Shown here: positions 49,616-57,974 of the stretch, piece by piece
How the letters are laid out: each line of letters opens with the position of its first letter
Position numbering within the stretch: the stretch's first letter is position 1
Assembly: GCA_964644035.1 (NCBI GenBank)
Contig: CAZXUH010000001.1
Location: 67,712-131,711, forward strand
DNA from: an uncultured Candidatus Saccharibacteria bacterium
GTDB lineage: Bacteria; Patescibacteriota; Minisyncoccia; Phycocordibacterales; DAORIS01
DNA: 64,000 nucleotides
Direction of reading: 5' to 3'
Notes under the pieces: generated by a model
The model's database searches: none
The model's input: only the letters and a program-made list of their open reading frames with translations
What the model was told of the DNA's origin: nothing
Made by a program: the position numbers and the translations under genes

Positions 49616-50143
49616 ATGTTTTCCGATCCTCAACTTATTCTCAGTCAAGTAAGTATTCCTCAAAATGCAGTCGTGTGTGATCTCGGTGCTGGATCCGGTT
49701 TTTATTCGCTCGCACTTTCTTCGATCGTCGGAGACAGGGGCAAGGTCTATGCAGTAGATATTCAAAAAGAAGTCCTCAATCGTCTTGCTAATCAAGCAAG
49801 AGCTGCCGGACGAACCAATGTCGAGGTAGTCTGGGGTGATGCGGAGAAACTTGGTGGTACTAAGATTAAAAACGGTCTTATTGATATGGTAATCGTTTCA
49901 AATATCCTTTTTCTTGTTGAGCAAAAGGATATTTTTGTAAATGAAATCAGTAGAATTCTTAAGCCCCGCGGCAGCGTGGTATTTGTAGACTGGAGCGGAT
50001 CATTTGGCGATATGGGACCTCGTCCTGAAAAGGTGGTGACAGAAGATCAAGCCAAAAAACTGTTTGAATCAAAAGGGTTTACTGTTGAAAAGAGTATCAA
50101 TACCGGAGCACATCACTATGGTATGATATTTAGAAAGGCCTAA
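49616..50143 (+). CDS. class I SAM-dependent methyltransferase
   Basis: Motif I VCDLGAGSGFYS and motif II DMVIVSNIL. Confidence 0.65.
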   Translation: MFSDPQLILSQVSIPQNAVVCDLGAGSGFYSLALSSIVGDRGKVYAVDIQKEVLNRLANQARAAGRTNVEVVWGDAEKLGGTKIKNGLIDMVIVSNILFLVEQKDIFVNEISRILKPRGSVVFVDWSGSFGDMGPRPEKVVTEDQAKKLFESKGFTVEKSINTGAHHYGMIFRKA

Positions 50144-51439
50144 ATGAAAGAGTTATCCAAATTCCAGCTTATCGTTTTCGGATCATTTATTTTGGCGATT
50201 TTCGTCGCTGTTATCGTACTTGCAAGTTTTAGAGCGAGTGGAGGAGGGGATGAACTCCGTCCTGTCGTGATATGGGGCACCATGACTGCCGATCGTTTCG
50301 ATCCATTTCTTACTGTTGGTACTAATGAACGTTCCGTCAACGCTTCATATGTCTATAAAAAGAGCGCTACTCTCTATCAAGAACTCCTCGAAGCGCTTGC
50401 ATCTGGTCAGGGCCCTGATATTCTTTTTGTTACTCAAGAAGAATTGTTCCAAGTTAGAAGCAAAATCGCTACCATTCCTTTTTCTTCATTCCCAGAACGT
50501 ACATACCGAGATAGTTTTTCAGAAGGTACTGAAATATTTCTCAATCAGCAGGGTATAGAAGCATTTCCAGCACTCGTCGATCCGATTGTTATGTATTGGA
50601 ATCGCGATATAGTGACTTCAAACAACTATGTCAGTCCGCCAAAGACATGGGATGAATTCCTAGCTTTCGCCGAAAGGGTCAGCAAGCACAATGCTCAGCT
50701 TGAGATTACTCGAAGCGCCGTACCATTTGGAGAATTCAAAAACGTCAGCAATGCTAAAGATATACTTCACACACTTATCTATCAGGCTGGGGGCAAAATC
50801 ACTTCACGCACGGACGTAGGTTTTACTTCAACGCTTTTCAATACACCACAGGGAACCAAGCTCAATCCTGCTGCAGCTATTTTTGATTACTTCATGCAGT
50901 TCTCTGATCCACAAAAGCCTACCTATTCGTGGAATAGAACCCTTTCTTCTTCAAAAGATATGTTTATCTCAGGAGACCTAGCAATTTATTTTGGCTATGC
51001 CAGTGAAGTCGATGAAATCAGAGCTAAAAATCCAAATCTCAATTTTGATGTAGCCTTTGTACCGCAGACCCGTGGCTCAGATGTGCCGATGACCCATGGC
51101 AAATTCTATGCATTTACTCTTGTGCGTATTGCAAGTATTCAAGATGGTGTTGCTCTCGCTGATGTAAATGTTCTTACACAACCACAAACGATTGCTCGTG
51201 TGATAGGAAGGAATGATTATTTCCCTGTGCGACGTGATCTTCTTTCTGTTCAACAGCCAAGAGCTGACAAATCGACATTTTATACGTCAGCACTCTTTGC
51301 ACGTTCATGGATCGATCCAAATCCTACGCAGACCAATACTATTTTCAGCGAAATCGTATCTATGATTAGCTCTGGCAGACTGACAACGCTTGAAGCAATC
51401 GATCGTGCCAATGCTCAAATAGAAAAACTATTGAAATAA
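50144..51439 (+). CDS. membrane-anchored extracytoplasmic protein, possibly solute-binding-protein-like
   Basis: N-terminal TM anchor followed by a roughly 400-aa ectodomain. The SBP-fold assignment is weak. Confidence 0.4.
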   Translation: MKELSKFQLIVFGSFILAIFVAVIVLASFRASGGGDELRPVVIWGTMTADRFDPFLTVGTNERSVNASYVYKKSATLYQELLEALASGQGPDILFVTQEELFQVRSKIATIPFSSFPERTYRDSFSEGTEIFLNQQGIEAFPALVDPIVMYWNRDIVTSNNYVSPPKTWDEFLAFAERVSKHNAQLEITRSAVPFGEFKNVSNAKDILHTLIYQAGGKITSRTDVGFTSTLFNTPQGTKLNPAAAIFDYFMQFSDPQKPTYSWNRTLSSSKDMFISGDLAIYFGYASEVDEIRAKNPNLNFDVAFVPQTRGSDVPMTHGKFYAFTLVRIASIQDGVALADVNVLTQPQTIARVIGRNDYFPVRRDLLSVQQPRADKSTFYTSALFARSWIDPNPTQTNTIFSEIVSMISSGRLTTLEAIDRANAQIEKLLK

Positions 51440-51440
51440 T

Positions 51441-51908
51441 ATGAAAAAAATATTACAAGTATTCTTAATACTTTTAGTCCTCTTCACACCAGTCTTTGGT
51501 AGTGAACTCGTGTATGCTCAGGGTGATCCAGGCGGAGGAGATCAGCAAAATGAAGATCCTGGAGGCGGAAATCAAGGTGGAGGTCAACCAACGGTTATCA
51601 ATTTTGAAATACCAAACCCTCTCAAAGCTCAGTCACTACAGTGTCTTTTGTATGACGTAATCAACGGTGTTATCAATGTTCTCGCCATAGTAGCAGCGCT
51701 TTATATCATCTACTCCGGCTTTATGTTTGTAGCTGCTCAAGGTAAACCTGCAGAGATAGATAAAGCACGAAAAGCGTTCTTCAACGCTATTATCGGTACG
51801 GCAATCTTGCTTGGAGCATGGGCGATTACGAGTTTCTTGGTCAATGTTGTCAACGACGTGGTAGCAGACGCTATCCCTGGTTTGCCAGATTCAGGTGCTT
51901 GCGAGTAG
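51441..51908 (+). CDS. T4SS-pilin-like (TrbC/VirB2-like) secreted two-helix protein, paralog 1, with Gly/Pro/Gln-rich N-terminal spacer
   Basis: Signal peptide, then hydrophobic helix 1, a charged loop (DKARKAF), hydrophobic helix 2 and a C-terminal Cys. Confidence 0.5.
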   Translation: MKKILQVFLILLVLFTPVFGSELVYAQGDPGGGDQQNEDPGGGNQGGGQPTVINFEIPNPLKAQSLQCLLYDVINGVINVLAIVAALYIIYSGFMFVAAQGKPAEIDKARKAFFNAIIGTAILLGAWAITSFLVNVVNDVVADAIPGLPDSGACE

Positions 51909-51932
51909 GGTATTTATAAATAATTACACGTT

Positions 51933-52364
51933 ATGAAAAAAACAATACCACTTTTCTTTCTAATGACAGGTTTTCTAGCTACTGTAGCATATGCTCAGAG
52001 CCAAGGGGGACTGTCAACGTTGAATTTGAGGCAGTTGGTCAATCAACTCATTGGACTTATCAATCAACTCATTATTCTTGTAGCAGGATTGGCGGTAATT
52101 GTCTTTATCTGGAGTCTTATTCGATATCTTGCTACAGCAGATGATGTAGAAGCTCGCAAACAATGGAAGGCATACATGATATATGGAGTGATTGCTTTTG
52201 CTGTTATTACCGGTCTCTGGGGTCTTACCAATGCCGTACTCGATCTCGTAGGTCTCACGGGTACAGGTATTCCACAATTCCCAGGAGGCTACGGTGATAT
52301 CGATCAAAGTCCTCGTCCAGGTGAAGGTGGGTACAATCCTCCTCCACCTCCCGGAAACGCTTAG
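51933..52364 (+). CDS. T4SS-pilin-like protein, paralog 2
   Basis: Shares the LI.L.....A..VFI....IRY......E.RK.....MIYGV.AFA.I.GL.GL.NA.LD pattern with paralog 3. Confidence 0.5.
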   Translation: MKKTIPLFFLMTGFLATVAYAQSQGGLSTLNLRQLVNQLIGLINQLIILVAGLAVIVFIWSLIRYLATADDVEARKQWKAYMIYGVIAFAVITGLWGLTNAVLDLVGLTGTGIPQFPGGYGDIDQSPRPGEGGYNPPPPPGNA

Positions 52365-52472
52365 TTCCTGTGCGTCTATTTATCCACACCCCTATTGCCA
52401 ATAGGCCTTAATAACGTATGATTATATGGACTTTACCAAAAGGTCACATTTATTAGTTTGTTATTATAAGCA

Positions 52473-52844
52473 ATGAAAAAAATCATTTCAGCAGTATCAA
52501 CTGGTCTCGTGCTTCTCCCAGTACTTGCACTAGCCCAGGGTACGAATACATTCGGTACAAACAGAATTAACAACATCCTTACAGGCTTCAAGAGCCTCGT
52601 AAACACCGCACTCATCGTGCTCTCAGGTGTTGCAGTTCTTGTGTTCATCTACGGTATTATCCGCTACGTTCTCTCAGCAAACGATGCAGAGAAGCGAAAG
52701 GAAGCCCGCGGATACATGATCTACGGTGTTGTTGCTTTTGCGATCATTGCAGGTCTCTATGGCCTTTCAAACGCTCTCCTCGATTTCTTTGGTATTGGTT
52801 CTGGTGGAAGTCTTACAATTCCTCAAATCAACACAAACGGCTAG
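52473..52844 (+). CDS. T4SS-pilin-like protein, paralog 3
   Basis: Same architecture, with clear amino-acid similarity to paralog 2. Confidence 0.5.
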   Translation: MKKIISAVSTGLVLLPVLALAQGTNTFGTNRINNILTGFKSLVNTALIVLSGVAVLVFIYGIIRYVLSANDAEKRKEARGYMIYGVVAFAIIAGLYGLSNALLDFFGIGSGGSLTIPQINTNG

Positions 52845-52867
52845 TCGAATCTATCGCAGCCGAAATG

Positions 52868-52905
52868 AAAAACCGCCTAAGGGAACACTTATGGCGGTTT
52901 TTCTT
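52868..52905 (+). terminator. terminator after the pilin-like triplet
   Basis: aaaccgcc...ggcggttt hairpin followed by a T-run. Confidence 0.6.
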
Positions 52906-52932
52906 TATTTATAGATAGGATATAATTGTGAC

Positions 52933-53190
52933 ATGGACGATCTCATACTTCAGATCAACTCGAAGATTATCAATCCAATCGTACTTCTCCTCTTTGCATT
53001 CACCTTTCTTTATTTCATTTGGGGCATTTATAAATACTATATCTATGGAGGAGGGGATGAAGATCGTCAAAGCGGTTCACGGCATATTCTGGCTGGTTTT
53101 ATAGGTATGATTATTATGTTCGGAGTATTTGCTTTCATCAATATCATTGTCGCTTCATTGGGTATTGAAAAGCCTAGTTCGCTCCCTTAA
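52933..53190 (+). CDS. small two-TM protein resembling the pilin-like core without a signal peptide
   Basis: Two hydrophobic helices separated by the charged loop GGGDEDRQSGSR. Confidence 0.4.
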   Translation: MDDLILQINSKIINPIVLLLFAFTFLYFIWGIYKYYIYGGGDEDRQSGSRHILAGFIGMIIMFGVFAFINIIVASLGIEKPSSLP

Positions 53191-53232
53191 ATAAAAAACC
53201 GGCACAATGTGCCGGTCTCTAGTTCTTATTGT

Positions 53233-53433
53233 TCAGAAAAACCAGAAGTAGATAATAATCAAGATGATTATTCCTACCCACCAAAACCTCATCAATACAG
53301 GAGGTATCTTTTTCTGAGGGAATTTAAACCCACATTCAACGCAGGTCTTTGCATCAGCCTGACTGTATTTTTTACACTGCGGACACATTTTGATGTCATC
53401 CATATAAGTCTCCAAAAGGGTTCTGAAATTCAA
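53233..53433 (-). CDS. zinc-ribbon plus C-terminal TM small protein
   Basis: CPQC...CVEC followed by a hydrophobic tail. Confidence 0.4.
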   Translation of the reverse strand: MNFRTLLETYMDDIKMCPQCKKYSQADAKTCVECGFKFPQKKIPPVLMRFWWVGIIILIIIYFWFF

Positions 53434-53489
53434 AAGAACTAATAATATTTATACCATAAATTATAAATTTTGTAAATAAAAAAGCCCCG

Positions 53490-53515
53490 ACACATTGTGT
53501 GCTCGGGGCTGAATG
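53490..53515 (-). terminator. terminator hairpin, copy 1 of a duplicated element
   Basis: gccccgacacattgtgtgctcggggc preceded by A6, which reads as a U-run on the minus strand. Confidence 0.7.
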
Positions 53516-53518
53516 AAC

Positions 53519-54145
53519 TTATTGATTCGGATTCGAAGGAACGACCTTCAGGGCTTCCTTAAGTCCCTGATTGCTGAACGTCGTTGTGGACGCTGAAGCC
53601 GGTTCTGGATCGAGTTTGAACCACAGGCTAACAGGACCGGAAATGCTCCGAATTTCATAATCACGACGGCCGTGTTCCCATCCACTATCAAACGGATCTC
53701 CCGGTTTCATTCGTCGAACGAAACTAGGATTTTCGGGCTTCCGAAGCTCAATTTCACCATCAAAGAAGAATGTTGGAATCGTCGCGTAAGCGAACTTCAC
53801 GTGAGTCCATTCTTCTTTGTTGATTATTGAGTGGTCGGTAACCACTGTACCCTTGCTAGGATCCTTGGCAGTAAGATCGATTACATGAACGACGTATTTT
53901 TGTTTTACGTCGACAGGATCATCTTTTCCACTCCAGTTGTACCAAACAACGTAGGTTATCGTTGCTCCAGCGAATAAACAGAGCAAGATAGGGAGAAGTG
54001 ATCCCGAGCCAAACACTGAAGGTCTCTCAACGACTAAAGAAGCCAAAGGAGTGCCACACCTCTTGCAAAAAGAAGCCCTCCTGTCGTTTGCTTGTGTGCA
54101 AGAAGGACACTTTTTTATTCCGCTATTTGACATAATTGCCTCCAA
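53519..54145 (-). CDS. zinc-ribbon / TM / novel ectodomain protein (short paralog)
   Basis: CPSC..CKRC, then a TM helix, then a roughly 130-aa domain shared with the 54277..55602 product (KWTHV, RKP..F, WF..P.P, G.K..L...PSNPN). Confidence 0.5.
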   Translation of the reverse strand: MEAIMSNSGIKKCPSCTQANDRRASFCKRCGTPLASLVVERPSVFGSGSLLPILLCLFAGATITYVVWYNWSGKDDPVDVKQKYVVHVIDLTAKDPSKGTVVTDHSIINKEEWTHVKFAYATIPTFFFDGEIELRKPENPSFVRRMKPGDPFDSGWEHGRRDYEIRSISGPVSLWFKLDPEPASASTTTFSNQGLKEALKVVPSNPNQ

Positions 54146-54239
54146 AAATTTTTAATATCCGAATACACATCCGGAAAACATCTAAACAATTTATATCATA
54201 ATTTTTACATTATGTAAAGTATTTGAACAAAAGAAAAGC

Positions 54240-54265
54240 CCCGAGCACACAATGTGTCGGGGCTG
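54240..54265 (-). terminator. terminator hairpin, copy 2 (same stem, inverted loop)
   Basis: gccccgagcacacaatgtgtcggggc is the exact reverse complement of copy 1. Confidence 0.7.
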
Positions 54266-54276
54266 AAAAACAAAAG

Positions 54277-55602
54277 TCATCTGTTGGGATTCGAGGGGAT
54301 TGCTTCAAGTCCTTTCTTTATACCCCCGACACTGAATCCACTGTCGCTTGAGGCTGTTGCTGGCCGGTCTTGGTTCCCAGTAAAGGGTGGTCCGAAATCA
54401 AACCATACTTCTACTGGTTCGCCCGTACCACCTTCTTCCTTTGTCAGAGCTCGGATGTCGACGTTGACCTGATTCTTCCAGTTCTTGACGAACGGATAAC
54501 GACCAGGTTTCCTGACTTCCGTGAACGTGTGATCTGTTGGCTTCCTGATCACAATCGTGTCACGGTGGTAGTACTGGTAGTTTTTGGAATTTCCAGGTCG
54601 CAAGACATGAGTCCATTTTCCTGGCTGAACAATGAAAACTCTTGAAGTGCCTGGAGTCGGTGTCTTAGACAAGTCCTCAAGAAAATCATAGTCTTCCTGA
54701 GAATTTGCTATAGGACTACGATCGGGAAGTGAAGTGGGGCTCTCTTTTCGGGAGAACCATTTCAAATCCGTATCGATGTGAATGTTGTTTTTGGCAGCAA
54801 TCACAATTCTGTCCTGCAAACCGGACTTAAGAAACGCAAAGTATCCAACAGTCATGATTAATAGGACGAGAATAACCCCATACGTCTTGAATGTTTCAAC
54901 AACGTACATCATGAGTAGAATCGAAATGGGAATACCGATTGTAAAGCCAATAAAGATTGTCAGCATCTCCCAAAAGAATGCAGCACTCAAGATGTAAATC
55001 CAAAAAAGTAATACCGCCCAACCTGCAGTGATTGCTCCTACAAGTTTGAGTTCTTTTTTACGATCAAAGCCAAACGCTGCGAGCTTAGCCCAAATACCCC
55101 TTGAAACTACAGTTGCCATATTTGGCTCGGGTCTCGCTGGATTTTGCTGCACAACTGGAACTTCCCCAGTCAGCGCTCTCTTACGACGGTTAAGTCGCTT
55201 TTTACTAACTGCAATGAAGGCAAACAATACAGTAACAAGTGCAAGTATTAGCAACCATCCAGGATTGCTATTCTTAGAGTTCCATCGAAGGTAAATACTC
55301 ACAAGGCATCCACCAAGAAAAAGAAGTCCGATAACTTTCCAAAAGGTTGGCCAGAAACGTTTTTTTCTCTTTCGCATATACTCCTCACACTTTTTTTTCA
55401 GTAGGACCCGGTGGTCTTTTAGCGTGACTTGTAGTTTCTTACAAATCCCAATAACCACTTTATAAAGAGAGGTTAGAATGAATTTGATGAGACTAACAAC
55501 TAATTTGAACAACATTATGAAGGGGAAGAATATCAGTTTAACCAACTTAATGATCCAACTGAAACCTCGACCTAAAGTAGCCCAGATCTTTTTCCAGTTC
55601 AT
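54277..55602 (-). CDS. polytopic membrane protein carrying the same novel C-terminal ectodomain (long paralog)
   Basis: Basic N-terminus, 5-6 TM helices, then the shared domain ending ...GIKKGLEAIPSNPNR. Confidence 0.5.
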   Translation of the reverse strand: MNWKKIWATLGRGFSWIIKLVKLIFFPFIMLFKLVVSLIKFILTSLYKVVIGICKKLQVTLKDHRVLLKKKCEEYMRKRKKRFWPTFWKVIGLLFLGGCLVSIYLRWNSKNSNPGWLLILALVTVLFAFIAVSKKRLNRRKRALTGEVPVVQQNPARPEPNMATVVSRGIWAKLAAFGFDRKKELKLVGAITAGWAVLLFWIYILSAAFFWEMLTIFIGFTIGIPISILLMMYVVETFKTYGVILVLLIMTVGYFAFLKSGLQDRIVIAAKNNIHIDTDLKWFSRKESPTSLPDRSPIANSQEDYDFLEDLSKTPTPGTSRVFIVQPGKWTHVLRPGNSKNYQYYHRDTIVIRKPTDHTFTEVRKPGRYPFVKNWKNQVNVDIRALTKEEGGTGEPVEVWFDFGPPFTGNQDRPATASSDSGFSVGGIKKGLEAIPSNPNR

Positions 55603-55757
55603 GACGACACTCCTTTTACTATTTTGTTTTTTATTTCAAAACTTGGACAACGTGTCACAAGTAACTTATGTAATTATTTTATCATATAAATAAAAAAAGT
55701 CAATGGTATCAAAATGATACCACTGACTTTCTGAGTCCATCGGTCGGCTTATTAAGC

Positions 55758-56900
55758 TTAGGATGGATTAGTCCGAGGCGCTGCTTGAGGGTTGGGTGGG
55801 TTAGCAGGTGCTGTCGGTTGTGTCGGAGTTACTTCTGTAGGTGTGTTGTTGGTAGGGATGGGCAGCAGGGTTCCAGGAGGAATGCCGTATACAACAGTTG
55901 TAGCATTCTCTGTGGCTTTTGATTGGAGTTGGGCTAAAAGAATCGAGACAGCATTAGAACTGGCTCCGTCTGACATTTTGATCAAGTCTTTATAAGCCTT
56001 GTTCTGTACATCAAAAGGAACAGCTGCCAATGCTTTTTCTCCGGCGGCTTTTTCAATATCGGCCAGTTTCTTCTCTCTTGCCAAGCTCTTCTGTCTGACA
56101 GCCTCAGCCTGATCATTGGAGAGCTCGAATCCTTCGTAGAAGATGTCGATGATTTCTAAACCTGTGTTTGATTTAAAAATCTCCGAGTTCAACGAAAGAA
56201 TGTATTCTCTCAATGATTCCTTCGGTAGATCAGGACCTTTTTGTGGAGCGTTGGGAGCAGTCAGAGCATCTTCCTTAAAGGCATGCTTTTTTACCGACTT
56301 CAATTCTTCATAGGTACGCTGATTGATAAAATCAGCCAGTGCGCCGGAAATCGTTTGAAGCGGATTTACCAAGTACTTTCCATTTAAGGTGTATACCAGG
56401 TAACGCGGCTTGATTGCGCGAAGCTGAATACCGATAGGGACGGTAGCCTTCCAATCATCCTTGGTCTCGAGATTTTCAAGCACCAAGCCCACCATGGAAA
56501 CAGCAAAGAGTTCTTTGACTGTCACTGCATTGTGGGTTTTCATGGTTAATGTGGAATTTTCTAGTTCGGGTCGAGCCCAAGACTGCTGCCACTCTTTAAC
56601 GTTGACGATCCAGGGAAGACCGATCCACACGACACCATAGCGTCGGTGAATAAATCCTAAATCAGGATCATTTCCTTCGGATGGTTCTAGGAGATCTTTC
56701 TCCATATTGTAGCTCCATCCTGGAACGTTGAAGATTGCCATTTTGACATCTTCTCCAGCCTCAATGAATTTTCCAGTCCCTTCACGAAGGGTAGTGAAAA
56801 ATAGATCAGACTCTGCCAACATCGGAATGCCGATGTCGATGATCAATGCCGCTAGGACGATGATCACGAAGAAAATAAGCAGATCCATGTGTACCTCCAA
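55758..56900 (-). CDS. SPFH/band-7-like membrane protein with Pro/Thr-rich C-terminal tail
   Basis: N-terminal TM helix, a weak SPFH-like core, a C-terminal coiled coil (AEAVRQKSLAREKKLADIEKAAGEKAL), then a PT-rich tail. Confidence 0.35.
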   Translation of the reverse strand: MEVHMDLLIFFVIIVLAALIIDIGIPMLAESDLFFTTLREGTGKFIEAGEDVKMAIFNVPGWSYNMEKDLLEPSEGNDPDLGFIHRRYGVVWIGLPWIVNVKEWQQSWARPELENSTLTMKTHNAVTVKELFAVSMVGLVLENLETKDDWKATVPIGIQLRAIKPRYLVYTLNGKYLVNPLQTISGALADFINQRTYEELKSVKKHAFKEDALTAPNAPQKGPDLPKESLREYILSLNSEIFKSNTGLEIIDIFYEGFELSNDQAEAVRQKSLAREKKLADIEKAAGEKALAAVPFDVQNKAYKDLIKMSDGASSNAVSILLAQLQSKATENATTVVYGIPPGTLLPIPTNNTPTEVTPTQPTAPANPPNPQAAPRTNPS

Positions 56901-57027
56901 AAGTAATTTTTTATTGTAAGACCAGGCAACACGCCTAGTAACATCTGTATATATAGTATCACATTTTACCTAAAAAGTCAACTAAAAACCCCACACGTTT
57001 GTGTGGGGTTTTGTTTAAAATTTAGAT

Positions 57028-57816
57028 TTAGTTTCCTCCATTGATACCGCCGTTACCACCAGTGATAGAACCACCACCTGTGATTCCACCTCCACCGGTA
57101 ATACCTCCGCCACCTTGGATTCCACCACCGCCTTGAAGGCCTCCATTACCGCCAGTGATTGATCCACCTCCAGTAATACCACCCCCGCCCGTGATACCAC
57201 CTCCTCCTTGGATCCCGCCACCACCGACAATTCCACCTCCACCAGTTATACCGCCACCTCCAGTGATAACTCCACCACCTTGTATGCCTCCGCCACCCTG
57301 AATACCGCCTCCGCCCTGGATGCCTCCATTGCTTCCGGTGATCGTACCACCTCCCTGGATTCCACCTCCACCTTGAATACCACCGCCTCCAGCGATTCCG
57401 CCGCTACCACCTGTAATTGAACCACCACCAGTGATGCCTCCGGCGCCAGTGATCCCACCTCCACCCTGAATGCCACCACCTCCTTGTATACCGCCACCTC
57501 CCTGGATTCCACCTCCACCTTGGATGCCGCTATTGTTTCCTGTAATACCGCCGTTTGAGCCAGCGATACCTCCACTACCAGTTATGCCACCTCCGCCCTG
57601 TATACCTCCACCACCCTGGATACCACCACTGCCAGTGATTCCGTCACTTCCTGTGATACCAATATTTGCAGTAGATGTAGCTGCTGGGATAAATTCACCG
57701 TCGACAAAAACGCCGGTTGAAGTACCAGTCTGAGCGTCGGTCGTCCGAGTGACGATCGAAAGGGGAGCAAAGCCTCCCAAAACGACTATAAGCAAAGCGA
57801 TAACTGACTTTTTCAT
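57028..57816 (-). CDS. secreted glycine-rich heptad-repeat protein (about 30 copies of GGGG-I-Q/T-G)
   Basis: Signal peptide MKKSVIALLIVVLGGFAPLS, then near-perfect 7-aa Gly repeats running to the C-terminus. Confidence 0.6.
   Translation of the reverse strand: MKKSVIALLIVVLGGFAPLSIVTRTTDAQTGTSTGVFVDGEFIPAATSTANIGITGSDGITGSGGIQGGGGIQGGGGITGSGGIAGSNGGITGNNSGIQGGGGIQGGGGIQGGGGIQGGGGITGAGGITGGGSITGGSGGIAGGGGIQGGGGIQGGGTITGSNGGIQGGGGIQGGGGIQGGGVITGGGGITGGGGIVGGGGIQGGGGITGGGGITGGGSITGGNGGLQGGGGIQGGGGITGGGGITGGGSITGGNGGINGGN
57045..57665. repeat. tandem 21-bp repeats (ggtggaggtattcagggcgga-like) encoding the Gly heptads
   Basis: Read directly from the sequence. Confidence 0.8.
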
Positions 57817-57883
57817 AATATATATTATAACATATAATATAGTAAATTGCAATACCTGCAAAAACGAGAATGTACTTATCTTG

Positions 57884-57965
57884 TGGGCGAGGGGAGACTC
57901 GAACTCCCAATCCTTTCGGAACTAGTTCCTAAGACTAGCGCGTATACCAATTCCGCCACTCGCCC
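57884..57965 (-). tRNA. tRNA-Leu(UAG), type II
   Basis: Acceptor GGGCGAG/CTCGCCC, T-loop GGTTCGAGTCTCC(sic: GAGTTCGAGTCTC), long variable arm, and anticodon loop cuUAGga. Confidence 0.75.
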
Positions 57966-57974
57966 GATACCACT

